From a phage, in the sequence record PZ386965.1: a DNA stretch of 64,000 nt; one strand, 5' to 3'. The notes under the pieces were generated by a model, which was given only the letters and a program-made list of their open reading frames with translations, made no database searches and was not told the DNA's origin. Both the position numbers and the translations under genes were made by a program. Of the stretch, positions 38,812 to 47,989 are shown in pieces (positions within the stretch are counted from its first letter, which is position 1; each line of letters opens with the position of its first letter).

Positions 38812-39141
38812 TTATACTCTAGGCTTTTGAGCTTGTTTGGTATTGGATTCCCATGCGGCTTTGGTAATTTTGTTAGCGGCATAACCAAAGGCATTAGATA
38901 GAACACCTTTAGAGTTGAATACATCCAATCCAATAAGTACACCGGCTGCGTTAAATTTAGGAGCAAAGTACGCATTAGTTTTAGAAAGAGCTTTTTTCAA
39001 TTCAGGGTCTTGAACCAAGCCATCAAAAACGCCTTTACTATTTACTTTATATGTTACTTTGGGATTCTTACCTTCTTCGATAGCAGCTTTCTGTTCCGCA
39101 GATAATGTAACTTCAGTGATAAACTCCTGATATGTTTTCAT
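38812..39141 (-). CDS. internal head protein (capsid-targeting MKTYQEF N-terminus)
   Basis: MKTYQEFITE start like T4 IP capsid targeting sequence. Confidence 0.7.
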   Translation of the reverse strand: MKTYQEFITEVTLSAEQKAAIEEGKNPKVTYKVNSKGVFDGLVQDPELKKALSKTNAYFAPKFNAAGVLIGLDVFNSKGVLSNAFGYAANKITKAAWESNTKQAQKPRV

Positions 39142-39166
39142 TTTGTTCCTATTGTTTTAATTTATG

Positions 39167-39481
39167 TTATTCTTTAGGGAAGTTTTTAGAGTATGCATCA
39201 TAAAGTTTATTACCAATACGACGGAAGACTTTAGCTGCAAAACGGTTTTCAGGGTTTTTAATCATGATTTGCATCATGTAAGTTCCTGCATCCGAAAGAG
39301 CTTCTTCATAGTACCCATTAATTTCTTTAAGAGTCCTACGTTTACCACCAGGACCGTCAACAGTAATTTTCCATTTACCTGTAGAAGTGCGGCTCGGTGG
39401 CTCAACTTGTTCAATCCAAATATAACCACCTTCAACGCGTTGGTTGGCGGATTCTGCAATAAATTCTTTATACGTTTTCAT
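39167..39481 (-). CDS. internal head protein (capsid-targeting N-terminus)
   Basis: MKTYKEFIAE start. Confidence 0.7.
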   Translation of the reverse strand: MKTYKEFIAESANQRVEGGYIWIEQVEPPSRTSTGKWKITVDGPGGKRRTLKEINGYYEEALSDAGTYMMQIMIKNPENRFAAKVFRRIGNKLYDAYSKNFPKE

Positions 39482-39545
39482 TTTTTGTTTCCTTGTTTGT
39501 TTTGATAGAGTAATTATACCATATTAATACTTAAGCGTAAACAAT

Positions 39546-39806
39546 TTAAGCTTTACCTCCAGAAATAATTCCGAAGTTGTTAAAATCGTATCCAATATCG
39601 TCAACATCTACTTTAGGACTTACTACAACATAAGCAATTTCACTACGTTTTGCATAGGTGTTGATTTCTTTACCATCGCCACCTAAGAAAGAATACCCAT
39701 TACGTTTTAATGAGCCAAAGTCTTCCGCATCACCAATGAAAGCTTTAACTTTAAATTTGGGGTCTTTGGCATCTGCTTCAATGATAAATTCTTGATACAT
39801 TTTCAT
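39546..39806 (-). CDS. internal head protein (capsid-targeting N-terminus)
   Basis: MKMYQEFIIE start with AAGGA RBS. Confidence 0.6.
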   Translation of the reverse strand: MKMYQEFIIEADAKDPKFKVKAFIGDAEDFGSLKRNGYSFLGGDGKEINTYAKRSEIAYVVVSPKVDVDDIGYDFNNFGIISGGKA

Positions 39807-39813
39807 TTTTTCC

Positions 39814-40227
39814 TTAGTAAATTGATTTACCATAGTATTTGTACCAAGACGGCCGTTGAGCAATTTTTTCATCTAAGCGTGCTTGACTTATCGCAATGGA
39901 CGCTTCGGACGGGACGTAATTATTACGAAATTCTACAGGAATGTCGGAAATATCCTGGACAGTCGTGTCCTTGATTTTGAAACCACGTTTCAAGCATTCA
40001 GCGATTAGCTCGATTTGACGTAAACGTAAAAATTCGAGTTTGTCGTAAAAGAATGTTACGTGACCTGTGCCTAAGATAAATGTTGGAGAGATTTTAAAAT
40101 CCTTTACACGTTTACCGTTTTGAACATGTTTACGGACTGCACCAAATACGCGTGGTAATTCACGATACTCGGCCATAAGATGTTGGTCGGCCAGTTCAGA
40201 AACAAGTGTTAAATTGATACGGGTCAT
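39814..40227 (-). CDS. denV: pyrimidine dimer DNA glycosylase DenV (endonuclease V)
   Basis: [34 protein letters not shown] collinear with T4 DenV; 137 aa. Confidence 0.95.
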   Translation of the reverse strand: MTRINLTLVSELADQHLMAEYRELPRVFGAVRKHVQNGKRVKDFKISPTFILGTGHVTFFYDKLEFLRLRQIELIAECLKRGFKIKDTTVQDISDIPVEFRNNYVPSEASIAISQARLDEKIAQRPSWYKYYGKSIY

Positions 40228-40230
40228 AAT

Positions 40231-40280
40231 TTCCTCCAAGTAGTTGATGAATGTATAGTATCAAAACTCTTGGAGGAAGT
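40231..40280 (-). promoter_or_regulatory. early promoter / stem-loop cassette
   Basis: TTCCTCCAAG..CTTGGAGGAA inverted repeat around -10, GTTTAC -35 on minus. Confidence 0.5.
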
Positions 40281-40285
40281 AAACA

Positions 40286-40567
40286 CTATTTTTCTGAAGC
40301 GCCTGAAATATATTTTTCAAGACGTTGTTTCATCAGCGAGCCGTTCTTAGCAATTTCTTCCGGTTTATCGCACATGCGCAACAATGCTTCAAGCTTAACG
40401 ATATCACTGGTACGTTCAAATTTGCGAGTATCTATCTTACTAGCAAGTTCAGAAATACGTGCTAATAGACTTTCAGCTTCAACCAAAGCTGCACCTAGCT
40501 TAGTTGCAAATGTGTCAGTAGCTTCGTTAAGAATAGATTCTGATAAAAATTCACTATATGTTTTCAT
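40286..40567 (-). CDS. internal head protein (capsid-targeting N-terminus)
   Basis: [10 protein letters not shown] start. Confidence 0.65.
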   Translation of the reverse strand: MKTYSEFLSESILNEATDTFATKLGAALVEAESLLARISELASKIDTRKFERTSDIVKLEALLRMCDKPEEIAKNGSLMKQRLEKYISGASEK

Positions 40568-41052
40568 ATATACGCTTTCCAAGTTCCTGTTTTAAATGTT
40601 GAGATTACGCGTTTCGCTCGATTAGGTGTCTGACGATACCATTTAGATTGGGCTAGATTTACTGCCGCCTCGTCCCAACGTTTCTGTTGAAGCATACGAA
40701 GAGAATTAGTAAAACCGGCAACGCCTGCTACACCCATTTGGAAGACCATATTGATCAATGCACATCGACGAACCGCATCTAAAGAATCATATACCGGTTT
40801 AAGTTTAGCATTACCCAAGATTCCTCGAACGGCTTTATCAACGTCTTCATTAAATAGCTTTTCAGCCTCATCAAGGGTAATTGTACCGTTGCATTTACGA
40901 CCGATCATTCTGTCAAGTTCAGCTTTAGCTACGGCTAAAGACGGGTTCTTTGTTACTAAATGGCCTATGCCAATCGTCCAAAAGCCTTCAGTGTCTTTAT
41001 ATAAAGTCAGTCTAAGACCTTCGTCATTACGAAGCATTTCAAATATATTCAT
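40564..41052 (-). CDS. e: endolysin (T4 lysozyme)
   Basis: [32 protein letters not shown] with catalytic Glu/Asp/Thr positions as in T4 lysozyme. Confidence 0.96.
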   Translation of the reverse strand: MNIFEMLRNDEGLRLTLYKDTEGFWTIGIGHLVTKNPSLAVAKAELDRMIGRKCNGTITLDEAEKLFNEDVDKAVRGILGNAKLKPVYDSLDAVRRCALINMVFQMGVAGVAGFTNSLRMLQQKRWDEAAVNLAQSKWYRQTPNRAKRVISTFKTGTWKAYI

Positions 41053-41080
41053 AATACCTCCCACGTTTATAGGAGGTATT
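41053..41080 (-). promoter_or_regulatory. RBS-sequestering hairpin with embedded late-promoter-like TATAAACG upstream of e
   Basis: Minus RNA ACCUCC-UAUAAACGU-GGGAGGU-AUU-AUG: SD paired in stem. Confidence 0.6.
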
Positions 41081-41086
41081 TATTAC

Positions 41087-41545
41087 TTATAGGATGGTAG
41101 TGAGCACCTTATATAACGATTTGCCCATTACATATTCCCATTGAGAAGGTTTAATTAAAGCGAATGCATCAAATTCAGGAATCTGACGTCCGTCTGGGAA
41201 TGTATGATAGGAATTACAAACACTGTTTCTGAATTGCTCGTGCTCTACAGGGATGGTATATAGGAACAGATGAATATTCTTATTGTCTGAGTAATGATGT
41301 TCACCTAGGTCTTTCAGGAAGGCAGGGTCATATTGTGTAAACCCAGTTTCTTCTTCGCATTCACGAATAGCGGCTTCGATAGGAGATTCACCTGGCTCGA
41401 CACGGCCTTTAGGAATATCCCACCGATGAGCTAAAGAACCTTTAGGACGAGAACCAGTTACACGCCCCATGAATAATTCTTTATCTTCGGTAAGGAAAAT
41501 AATACCGGCTGATAGTTCTTTCACTTTATTTTTCTTACTCATCAT
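41087..41545 (-). CDS. nudE: Nudix hydrolase NudE
   Basis: Nudix box GRVEPGESPIEAAIRECEEETG. Confidence 0.9.
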   Translation of the reverse strand: MMSKKNKVKELSAGIIFLTEDKELFMGRVTGSRPKGSLAHRWDIPKGRVEPGESPIEAAIRECEEETGFTQYDPAFLKDLGEHHYSDNKNIHLFLYTIPVEHEQFRNSVCNSYHTFPDGRQIPEFDAFALIKPSQWEYVMGKSLYKVLTTIL

Positions 41546-41786
41546 CTCGGTCCCATGATTTAGCCATTAATTCGGACATAAATTCTTCAATGCGCGTTTC
41601 TTTAGATGGACTTTCACTATTAGAGACCGCAAGTTTGTAATCTGCAATAGGACAGAACATATCAAGGTCCGTATTAAGGTCGTCTTTGATTTTTTCTTCT
41701 GACACATCTTTATCGTATGTGTACAGATAACTATCACATGATTCTGATTTAATGTAAATTGCTATACTCATCTCAAATTCCTGCAT
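41535..41786 (-). CDS. hypothetical acidic protein
   Basis: Track ORF. Confidence 0.45.
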   Translation of the reverse strand: MQEFEMSIAIYIKSESCDSYLYTYDKDVSEEKIKDDLNTDLDMFCPIADYKLAVSNSESPSKETRIEEFMSELMAKSWDRDDE

Positions 41787-42259
41787 TCGGTAATAAAACG
41801 TTCAACTTCATTATTCTTGGCCTTTATCTTGTCTTTACGTTCCTGTAAACTACTTTTAACAAGATTAATAATGATGGCGGCGGTACCGCCGCCAATGATG
41901 CCACCAACAACACTTATGATACTAGATGCTAATAAGATAGCAATAATATCAACAAAACCGAAAGAACTCACCTTAGTACTGAAAAACCATACCGACGGTA
42001 CAAATATAATCCATCCTGTTATCCATTGGCACTTATTGAAAAACTTTTCAAGCTCAGCTTGAGTTGTTCGTATTACTTCATCGATAGGTTGATATCCATT
42101 AATGTATCTGTTCACGATAATACCTGCTGGCTGGTCGATTTTAAATTCTTGGCAAATACGTTTCACTAAGTAGGATGGACATCCTGTCCAATCTACTGAA
42201 TAGTATGAAATACCTTCGTTGCCATCGTCTATATTAGACCAATATGTTTTGTTAATCAT
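41768..42259 (-). CDS. membrane protein
   Basis: Hydrophobic segments plus Gly-rich IGGGTAAIII. Confidence 0.5.
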   Translation of the reverse strand: MINKTYWSNIDDGNEGISYYSVDWTGCPSYLVKRICQEFKIDQPAGIIVNRYINGYQPIDEVIRTTQAELEKFFNKCQWITGWIIFVPSVWFFSTKVSSFGFVDIIAILLASSIISVVGGIIGGGTAAIIINLVKSSLQERKDKIKAKNNEVERFITECRNLR

Positions 42260-42945
42260 TACCAGCCTTCCATAGGGAATTCTAGATAAACTTGAGCGTT
42301 GACACGAATTTCATTGGTAATCTTTTTAACTCGGTCTGTATTACGAGATACACGTCCGAACCAACGCCATCCATTACTAATTGCACGAGAACCAGTGTGC
42401 CATGTTTGCCAATCAAACTGAAGAAGAGTACGGTCTGGAGCTTCCCATTTCTCTAGTTCACCTTTTTCAATTTTTTCGAGGACTTCTTTGTGCCACTGGC
42501 GATAGATAAGTTCGCCATCAGGAATCTGACTGAACTCTGCAGTTCCTGTTGCAAAATGAGTAGGACACACGTCAGCGTTAACAAGACCAAGAATATGTTC
42601 AGAATGGTAACGAGGGTTATCATAGTCAGGTTGTCCTGCAGTAATAAAGTGTTGGCCGACTGGAATATCAGGGCGAGGAACATCGTCATGGTGGTATCCA
42701 GGAATAGCAGGATACCAACCAGGCATAAGCATATGAACACGTGAATCGAATACTACTTCATTAGTGTTCCAGTCATCAGGCAGATTCATGATGAAAGAAC
42801 GAGTGATAGGACCGCCGTTATCAAAAGCAAACTTCAGGTTGCAGTTGAAGAACATAGGCTCATTTTTAATTTTATCATTACTGATACGGCCAGCGAAACC
42901 ACCTACTGCACGAGCTTGACTATTAAACACTTTAGAACTATTCAT
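42259..42945 (-). CDS. hypothetical protein (Trp-rich, 228 aa)
   Basis: Track ORF. Confidence 0.55.
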   Translation of the reverse strand: MNSSKVFNSQARAVGGFAGRISNDKIKNEPMFFNCNLKFAFDNGGPITRSFIMNLPDDWNTNEVVFDSRVHMLMPGWYPAIPGYHHDDVPRPDIPVGQHFITAGQPDYDNPRYHSEHILGLVNADVCPTHFATGTAEFSQIPDGELIYRQWHKEVLEKIEKGELEKWEAPDRTLLQFDWQTWHTGSRAISNGWRWFGRVSRNTDRVKKITNEIRVNAQVYLEFPMEGW

Positions 42946-42946
42946 A

Positions 42947-43252
42947 TTATTTTCCTCGACATTCTTTAATGAAATTTTCTAGATTGGTAGATTCAATAGC
43001 TTTTTTACGAGCTTCAGCGTGTTCTTCTTCAGTTAATCTACGTTTAAACTTGACCCAAACATTATGGTCGAAACCTGTTGTCGCGTATAATAACAGAGCA
43101 CCAACGAATAACAAAAACGGTGATAAAAATACACAACCAGGAACACCATCCATATCGTAAGCCTTTTGTAATACTGCAACAGAAAGAGCTGCGTAAAAAG
43201 GTGATGCAAATATTGTTAAAAGACCAATTCGGTTGGTTTCGCCTAATTTCAT
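42947..43252 (-). CDS. membrane protein
   Basis: Two hydrophobic helices. Confidence 0.5.
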   Translation of the reverse strand: MKLGETNRIGLLTIFASPFYAALSVAVLQKAYDMDGVPGCVFLSPFLLFVGALLLYATTGFDHNVWVKFKRRLTEEEHAEARKKAIESTNLENFIKECRGK

Positions 43253-43267
43253 AATATTCTCCTCATG

Positions 43268-43316
43268 TTTTAATAGGACTACTATAACATAGTCCTATCT
43301 TGTTGTAAACAGTTTT
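43268..43316 (-). promoter_or_regulatory. early promoter / stem-loop cassette (high-identity copy)
   Basis: TAATAGGACTACTATAACATAGTCCTATCTTGTTGTAAAC. Confidence 0.55.
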
Positions 43317-43322
43317 GTGAAG

Positions 43323-44279
43323 TTATTTGAAAGGTTTTACCATATGAAAATTTTGTTTGAAACGCTTGACGTAATCGTCGTGTCCTAAGCTTTGATACAT
43401 ACTTACTACTTTGCCATAGTTCTCCCAGGCATACTCACGGAACCAGCCTGATGTGATTGAAGTACAGACCTTTTCTAATGCCATCATAAAACTATCACGA
43501 GGATGGATTTCAAAGCCATTAGGAATCTGAGAACGTTCTAATGCTAGTACACATGATTCTTCGTATACGCCGGCCAATTTGACCATTTCCGGTAATGATT
43601 CGAACTTCTCGCGTGAGGTCATGACTTCAGAACCATCTTTCATATAAAATGTATACGCTGGACGGTCTGTTAGTGCAATGGCTTCGTGAATAGTATCATG
43701 GTCATACGTATAGATGTCATCTTTAAAGAATGCGCTTTTAGAAGTGTCAAGAACCGGGTGAGCATAGTTCAAGGTTTCTTTCTGGCGTTTCAGCATAATT
43801 TCAGTAAGTTCATCGTCCAGTGTAACACCTTTACCACGAAGATACTGAATATGGTTCATAGTCTTTAAAAAGAATGGATTATTTTTCTTGAAACGATGAG
43901 ACATCTTAATTGCAAGACACATCTCAGGAGTTGCCCAGTAAAACCCGTTCAAACGGTCTTTAGTCAAATTTTTCTTGGCGTATTTTAAAAGGTCATAAGA
44001 AGACGTGAAATCTTCAGGAGTGAGTTCACCGACTAATTCACGGACATTAGTGATTGCCGGAACAATGTATGCTTCAAAATGAGTTTCGCGTCCGTTATGG
44101 AAGCATTTGAAAACTTGGACATCAGGGTTATCTTGGTGAACATATACACCCATCATTTGATTTTTGAATACATTCCAAGAACCTTGGTCCGCAATAAAGT
44201 CCCAATCACTATTTTTGATAGCGCTAGAATCAATAAGGCCGTGATAGTGAAGTGCACGAGAACCAATAACCAACATCAT
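43323..44279 (-). CDS. hypothetical 318-aa protein
   Basis: Long ORF. Confidence 0.6.
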   Translation of the reverse strand: MMLVIGSRALHYHGLIDSSAIKNSDWDFIADQGSWNVFKNQMMGVYVHQDNPDVQVFKCFHNGRETHFEAYIVPAITNVRELVGELTPEDFTSSYDLLKYAKKNLTKDRLNGFYWATPEMCLAIKMSHRFKKNNPFFLKTMNHIQYLRGKGVTLDDELTEIMLKRQKETLNYAHPVLDTSKSAFFKDDIYTYDHDTIHEAIALTDRPAYTFYMKDGSEVMTSREKFESLPEMVKLAGVYEESCVLALERSQIPNGFEIHPRDSFMMALEKVCTSITSGWFREYAWENYGKVVSMYQSLGHDDYVKRFKQNFHMVKPFK

Positions 44280-44304
44280 AATAATTTCCTCGAATTTAGA
44301 TTAC

Positions 44305-44556
44305 TTAAATTTCGCGACATGCGATATTATATTCATCCCAGAGGTCGTCATGTGAAGCCTCTACCAATGGAACGATTGTGCCGTTTATGTCTTCATTATA
44401 AGGGCAAATTGTACAGTGCGCATCTTCGAATCGGATGCCTTTGTGTTCAGATTTTTTATAACGCATATCGAATATCTTTGCAAACTTTTCACGAGTAATA
44501 GTTTTAGCAACTACTTCGGTTCCGATACTTTCGTAATAAATCATTGTAGACTCCAT
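44305..44556 (-). CDS. hypothetical cysteine-containing protein
   Basis: Track ORF. Confidence 0.5.
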   Translation of the reverse strand: MESTMIYYESIGTEVVAKTITREKFAKIFDMRYKKSEHKGIRFEDAHCTICPYNEDINGTIVPLVEASHDDLWDEYNIACREI

Positions 44557-44557
44557 T

Positions 44558-44602
44558 TAATTTGATAGGACTACTATAACATAGCCCTATCTTGTTGTAA
44601 AC
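44558..44602 (-). promoter_or_regulatory. early promoter / stem-loop cassette (high-identity copy)
   Basis: TTGATAGGACTACTATAACATAGCCCTATCTTGTTGTAAAC. Confidence 0.55.
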
Positions 44603-44606
44603 TGTT

Positions 44607-44804
44607 TTAGCAAGAATAACTAGATGATACCCAGCCTTGAACAGTAATACTATTATTTGATAACGAGATTGCGTCCTGGAGATTAAGACCTGCGTTATCT
44701 TCAATCCACAATGTAACTTCTTCACGCTCTTCGGTTGCAATCTGGAACAGGTTTTCTAGGGCAGCTACTGCTGTACGTACAGCACAATCTAATTCACGAG
44801 ACAT
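44607..44804 (-). CDS. small protein, WVSSSxxC C-terminal family member A
   Basis: Ends ...QGWVSSSYSC. Confidence 0.55.
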   Translation of the reverse strand: MSRELDCAVRTAVAALENLFQIATEEREEVTLWIEDNAGLNLQDAISLSNNSITVQGWVSSSYSC

Positions 44805-44813
44805 ATGATTTCC

Positions 44814-45086
44814 TTAACAAGTGTGAGAAGATGCAACCCAACCGCCATCTTCAAGGCTCAAGTTGTAGTCGTATTGGTAAACATCGGCCCATTCAGCATA
44901 ACCGTTTTTTGTACAACGTTCAAGATCGGCTTTAAGATGTCCTGGCGAATGATAGGTTCCACCCATGCCATAAGCTGGATACAAGTCGAATGTTGTGTTT
45001 TGTTTATCAGCAATTTCTTTGGCAGCCTCAATAGCTGCATAGATTTTTGCTACGGCTTCAGCCAGTTCGGTTTGTTCTTTAGACAT
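44814..45086 (-). CDS. small protein, WVSSSxxC C-terminal family member B
   Basis: Ends ...GGWVASSHTC; shares YGxGxTY motif with member C. Confidence 0.6.
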   Translation of the reverse strand: MSKEQTELAEAVAKIYAAIEAAKEIADKQNTTFDLYPAYGMGGTYHSPGHLKADLERCTKNGYAEWADVYQYDYNLSLEDGGWVASSHTC

Positions 45087-45095
45087 AATGATTCC

Positions 45096-45401
45096 TTAGC
45101 ACAACGCAGAAGACGAAACCCAAGCACCTTCAGTAATAACGTAACCATTACCTTCACGCTTAACGTCGCCACCATTATTTTCAATTTCATTTTTCATCCA
45201 CTGGGATACGATTTCACCCTTAGGATAATAAGTACGACCGCTACCATAATCACCTACAGAAAACGATACAGCGTATTGGTCTGCGATCTTTGTTGCTTCT
45301 TCTTCGATACGTTCAGCTTGATTCAGAAGTTTATAAATTGCATCTGAAGCGGATTTGGCATCATTAAACTCTGGTACTTTAATTTCAATAATCTTACTCA
45401 T
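45096..45401 (-). CDS. small protein, WVSSSxxC C-terminal family member C
   Basis: Ends ...GAWVSSSALC. Confidence 0.6.
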   Translation of the reverse strand: MSKIIEIKVPEFNDAKSASDAIYKLLNQAERIEEEATKIADQYAVSFSVGDYGSGRTYYPKGEIVSQWMKNEIENNGGDVKREGNGYVITEGAWVSSSALC

Positions 45402-45757
45402 TTTCTACATTCCTTAATAAAGTTTTCGATTGTTTCATTTTCACGTCTAGCTAGGAGTTCATTATAACTAATCATTTGAGAAGCGTAAACCTTTTTATTT
45501 TTCTTGTTATGGTTTATAAAATCGTAGTAAAAATAGACTACAGTACAAAAGGATGCTATTGATGCAAAGGCTTGGGTATACCGTAAGTCCTGCCATTGGT
45601 CTGTGAATCCACCGGTGTTACCTATAAATCCTAACACAACGCCATCAATAAGAAATCCAACTAATCCAAAGGCAAATCCCATGCCAATACTCATAATAAA
45701 AATTAGAATGTTCTCGCCAAGAGAAGGCCATACGGTTAAGAGTTGAGGCTTTTGCAT
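45398..45757 (-). CDS. membrane protein
   Basis: Multiple hydrophobic helices. Confidence 0.5.
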   Translation of the reverse strand: MQKPQLLTVWPSLGENILIFIMSIGMGFAFGLVGFLIDGVVLGFIGNTGGFTDQWQDLRYTQAFASIASFCTVVYFYYDFINHNKKNKKVYASQMISYNELLARRENETIENFIKECRK

Positions 45758-46131
45758 CTTATTTCCTTAACGAATTCCATAGCTTCTTCATATTCATACT
45801 TTTTAACAGCTTCAACATACTGAGCTTGGGCTTTTGCGCACTGAACTTTCCACTCGCGAACTCGAGCTCTGTGATGACGGCCTTGGTGCCAATATCCTGC
45901 CCAATTAATAGGCATTAATAAAAACGGTACAATAAGTGGTGCGACGAACATTAATGAAAACGCTGCATCAGACGATATAACTTTATTGGAATCTAAAATA
46001 GCTCCTATAATCATAAAGATTAAAAATGCTAAAGCTAAAATAGGGCCAAATAGTACTTCGTTTGGGATTAATTTACGTTTGTATTCGTATGCCCAGGGCT
46101 TAATTGGCATGTACAGGGTTGGCTTTGACAT
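45736..46131 (-). CDS. membrane protein
   Basis: Hydrophobic helices; start uncertain (track start is non-ATG). Confidence 0.45.
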   Translation of the reverse strand: MSKPTLYMPIKPWAYEYKRKLIPNEVLFGPILALAFLIFMIIGAILDSNKVISSDAAFSLMFVAPLIVPFLLMPINWAGYWHQGRHHRARVREWKVQCAKAQAQYVEAVKKYEYEEAMEFVKEIRCKSLNS

Positions 46132-46696
46132 ATTCTCTACATTCCATAATAAATTGCTCAAGGATTAAATTGTTAGTGAAATTAGGACTAACAACCATAG
46201 TTTCATAAAGCGCATCAATAGCACTTAAAGCATCAACTCTTTTAAGCAAAGGCTTGCCTTCATACATAGTTTCAGAATCGATGATTAACGTAAAGTAATA
46301 TTTTTTATTATCGACTAGAACTTCTGTATCGATATAAAACATATTAGACCTCAGAAGCTTATCTCTAAAACCATAATAATCTTCTGAACGTTCGCTGATA
46401 TATTCCCATTCAGTGTTTAAACAACAAACAGACCATGTAGGAGCAACGAAATCAGTGAATCTAATATCATGGTCTGCAACTAGTTTAGCAATAGCTCCGA
46501 TATCATGAATCATAATACCTGGGGCTAATAAAGATTTTCGGCGATTTGCGTATTCAGTTGTCTCATAAGAAGCTGACCAGTACCATTTACGTCCAGTTGC
46601 AACATATCGTAATGAATCAACTAAAGACGTAGGTGGATTTACCTTATCTCGGAACTCTTCGAACATTGAGTCAATATCATTATTTTGGTTTCGCAT
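46100..46696 (-). CDS. hypothetical protein
   Basis: ATG with AAAGGAG RBS. Confidence 0.55.
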   Translation of the reverse strand: MRNQNNDIDSMFEEFRDKVNPPTSLVDSLRYVATGRKWYWSASYETTEYANRRKSLLAPGIMIHDIGAIAKLVADHDIRFTDFVAPTWSVCCLNTEWEYISERSEDYYGFRDKLLRSNMFYIDTEVLVDNKKYYFTLIIDSETMYEGKPLLKRVDALSAIDALYETMVVSPNFTNNLILEQFIMECREYVKANPVHAN

Positions 46697-46745
46697 GTTA
46701 ACTCCTTTATTATCCAAAAGGAGGACCGGAGTCCTCCGTATTATT

Positions 46746-47339
46746 TTATTTCAAAGAGTTAATATATTCTTGTACATCAGCAGAAGTGGTTTCGACACCG
46801 GCTGGAGTACCATTGAACGTTTCAACACGAGTCAGAGTGTCTTCGATATCAACCTTGGTCAGTGCAGCAATTTCGATCACATCATCGGCCGTAGAGATAC
46901 CAAGGGCATTGGCTGCTCGAGTTTCGCGGATGTATTCAAGTTTGATTGCCAGATTCTGACGAGCATCGTCAAGTTCAACCACCTTACGAGCAATTTCAAT
47001 TCGCATAGCGGCATAACCGTCAGCTTTTGTATTAAGTTGTTCGGCAGTTCGACGATACAGAAGACCAAGCTTAGCATGCATGGTAACATCTTGTCCTTCA
47101 GCCAGGAGCTTACGAATTTCACGTTCCTTAGAAGCGGCTTGCTTGTTCTTTTCATTAACAAGTTCGCGAATACGTTTTTCTTCATTAATAGATTTAACAG
47201 AAGCCGTTTTTAGTTCTTTGATTTGGGTAATCAACTTATCTGCGGCTGCGTTATACTGTTCTTCGACAGTCAGATTTTTAGCCATAGCAGTACCCAGTTT
47301 AGTGCGGATGAATTCAACAAGTTTCTTCAGTGTGTTCAT
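46746..47339 (-). CDS. coiled-coil protein (PspA/IM30-like architecture?)
   Basis: ~197 aa, mostly helical heptad repeats. Confidence 0.5.
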   Translation of the reverse strand: MNTLKKLVEFIRTKLGTAMAKNLTVEEQYNAAADKLITQIKELKTASVKSINEEKRIRELVNEKNKQAASKEREIRKLLAEGQDVTMHAKLGLLYRRTAEQLNTKADGYAAMRIEIARKVVELDDARQNLAIKLEYIRETRAANALGISTADDVIEIAALTKVDIEDTLTRVETFNGTPAGVETTSADVQEYINSLK

Positions 47340-47364
47340 ATTATTACCTTTCAATTGGTGGTTT

Positions 47365-47410
47365 ATTATCCATGAGAGCATTATACTCTGCTCTCAAGAG
47401 TTTGTACACT
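47365..47410 (-). promoter_or_regulatory. early promoter / stem-loop cassette
   Basis: GAGAGC..GCTCTC inverted repeat around TATAAT, TGTACA -35 on minus. Confidence 0.5.
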
Positions 47411-47691
47411 TATTTGTACGAATTAATAATCTCTTCCATTTTATCCAGAACATGGATATCGATTATACGAGGAAGTGCCGAAAGATTAGAACCGTCGAAA
47501 GATTTAAGGTCTTCCAAAATAATATTTTCAATGGCCTTTAAAGCTTCCGCAGATTCTGATGCAGAATTAAATTCAGGAATTTCTCCAAAAAGACGTAAGA
47601 ATGAACCAAAGTATTCTGCGGCGATTTCTTTAGCTTGTTCGATATCAGACTTAAACATTTTGTTTTCCTCATTTGTTGGTGGAGTAATCAT
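47410..47691 (-). CDS. hypothetical acidic protein
   Basis: 93-aa ORF. Confidence 0.5.
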   Translation of the reverse strand: MITPPTNEENKMFKSDIEQAKEIAAEYFGSFLRLFGEIPEFNSASESAEALKAIENIILEDLKSFDGSNLSALPRIIDIHVLDKMEEIINSYK

Positions 47692-47715
47692 ATCACCATC
47701 CTTGGCGTTTGTACA

Positions 47716-47943
47716 TTATTTTTTAATCAAGTTGACATAAAATTCTGCATCTTCAGGGTGCATGCCTTCGCAGTATTCTTCAACCATGAACTTCTTAACA
47801 GCTTCATAAGGACCGCTCAGATTAAGTTCAGTTGTCCAGAACTTGGAATCTTGAACCGAATCGATACGAACTTCAGGGTGTCGGTTGCGAATAACTTCTT
47901 CGGTGTATTCATAATCAACTACATCAATACTAACTTTAGCCAT
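47716..47943 (-). CDS. hypothetical protein
   Basis: 75-aa ORF. Confidence 0.5.
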   Translation of the reverse strand: MAKVSIDVVDYEYTEEVIRNRHPEVRIDSVQDSKFWTTELNLSGPYEAVKKFMVEEYCEGMHPEDAEFYVNLIKK

Positions 47944-47989
47944 TTTGTTTTCCTCTTGATTTGATGTGATTACTATAACATAAACTTAC

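Noticed and set aside
38757-38975. 72-aa minus-strand ORF overlapping the 3' end of the internal-protein gene 38812..39141
   Set aside because: It is in a different frame from a gene with a clear capsid-targeting start and mostly covers the GC-rich non-coding island; likely spurious.
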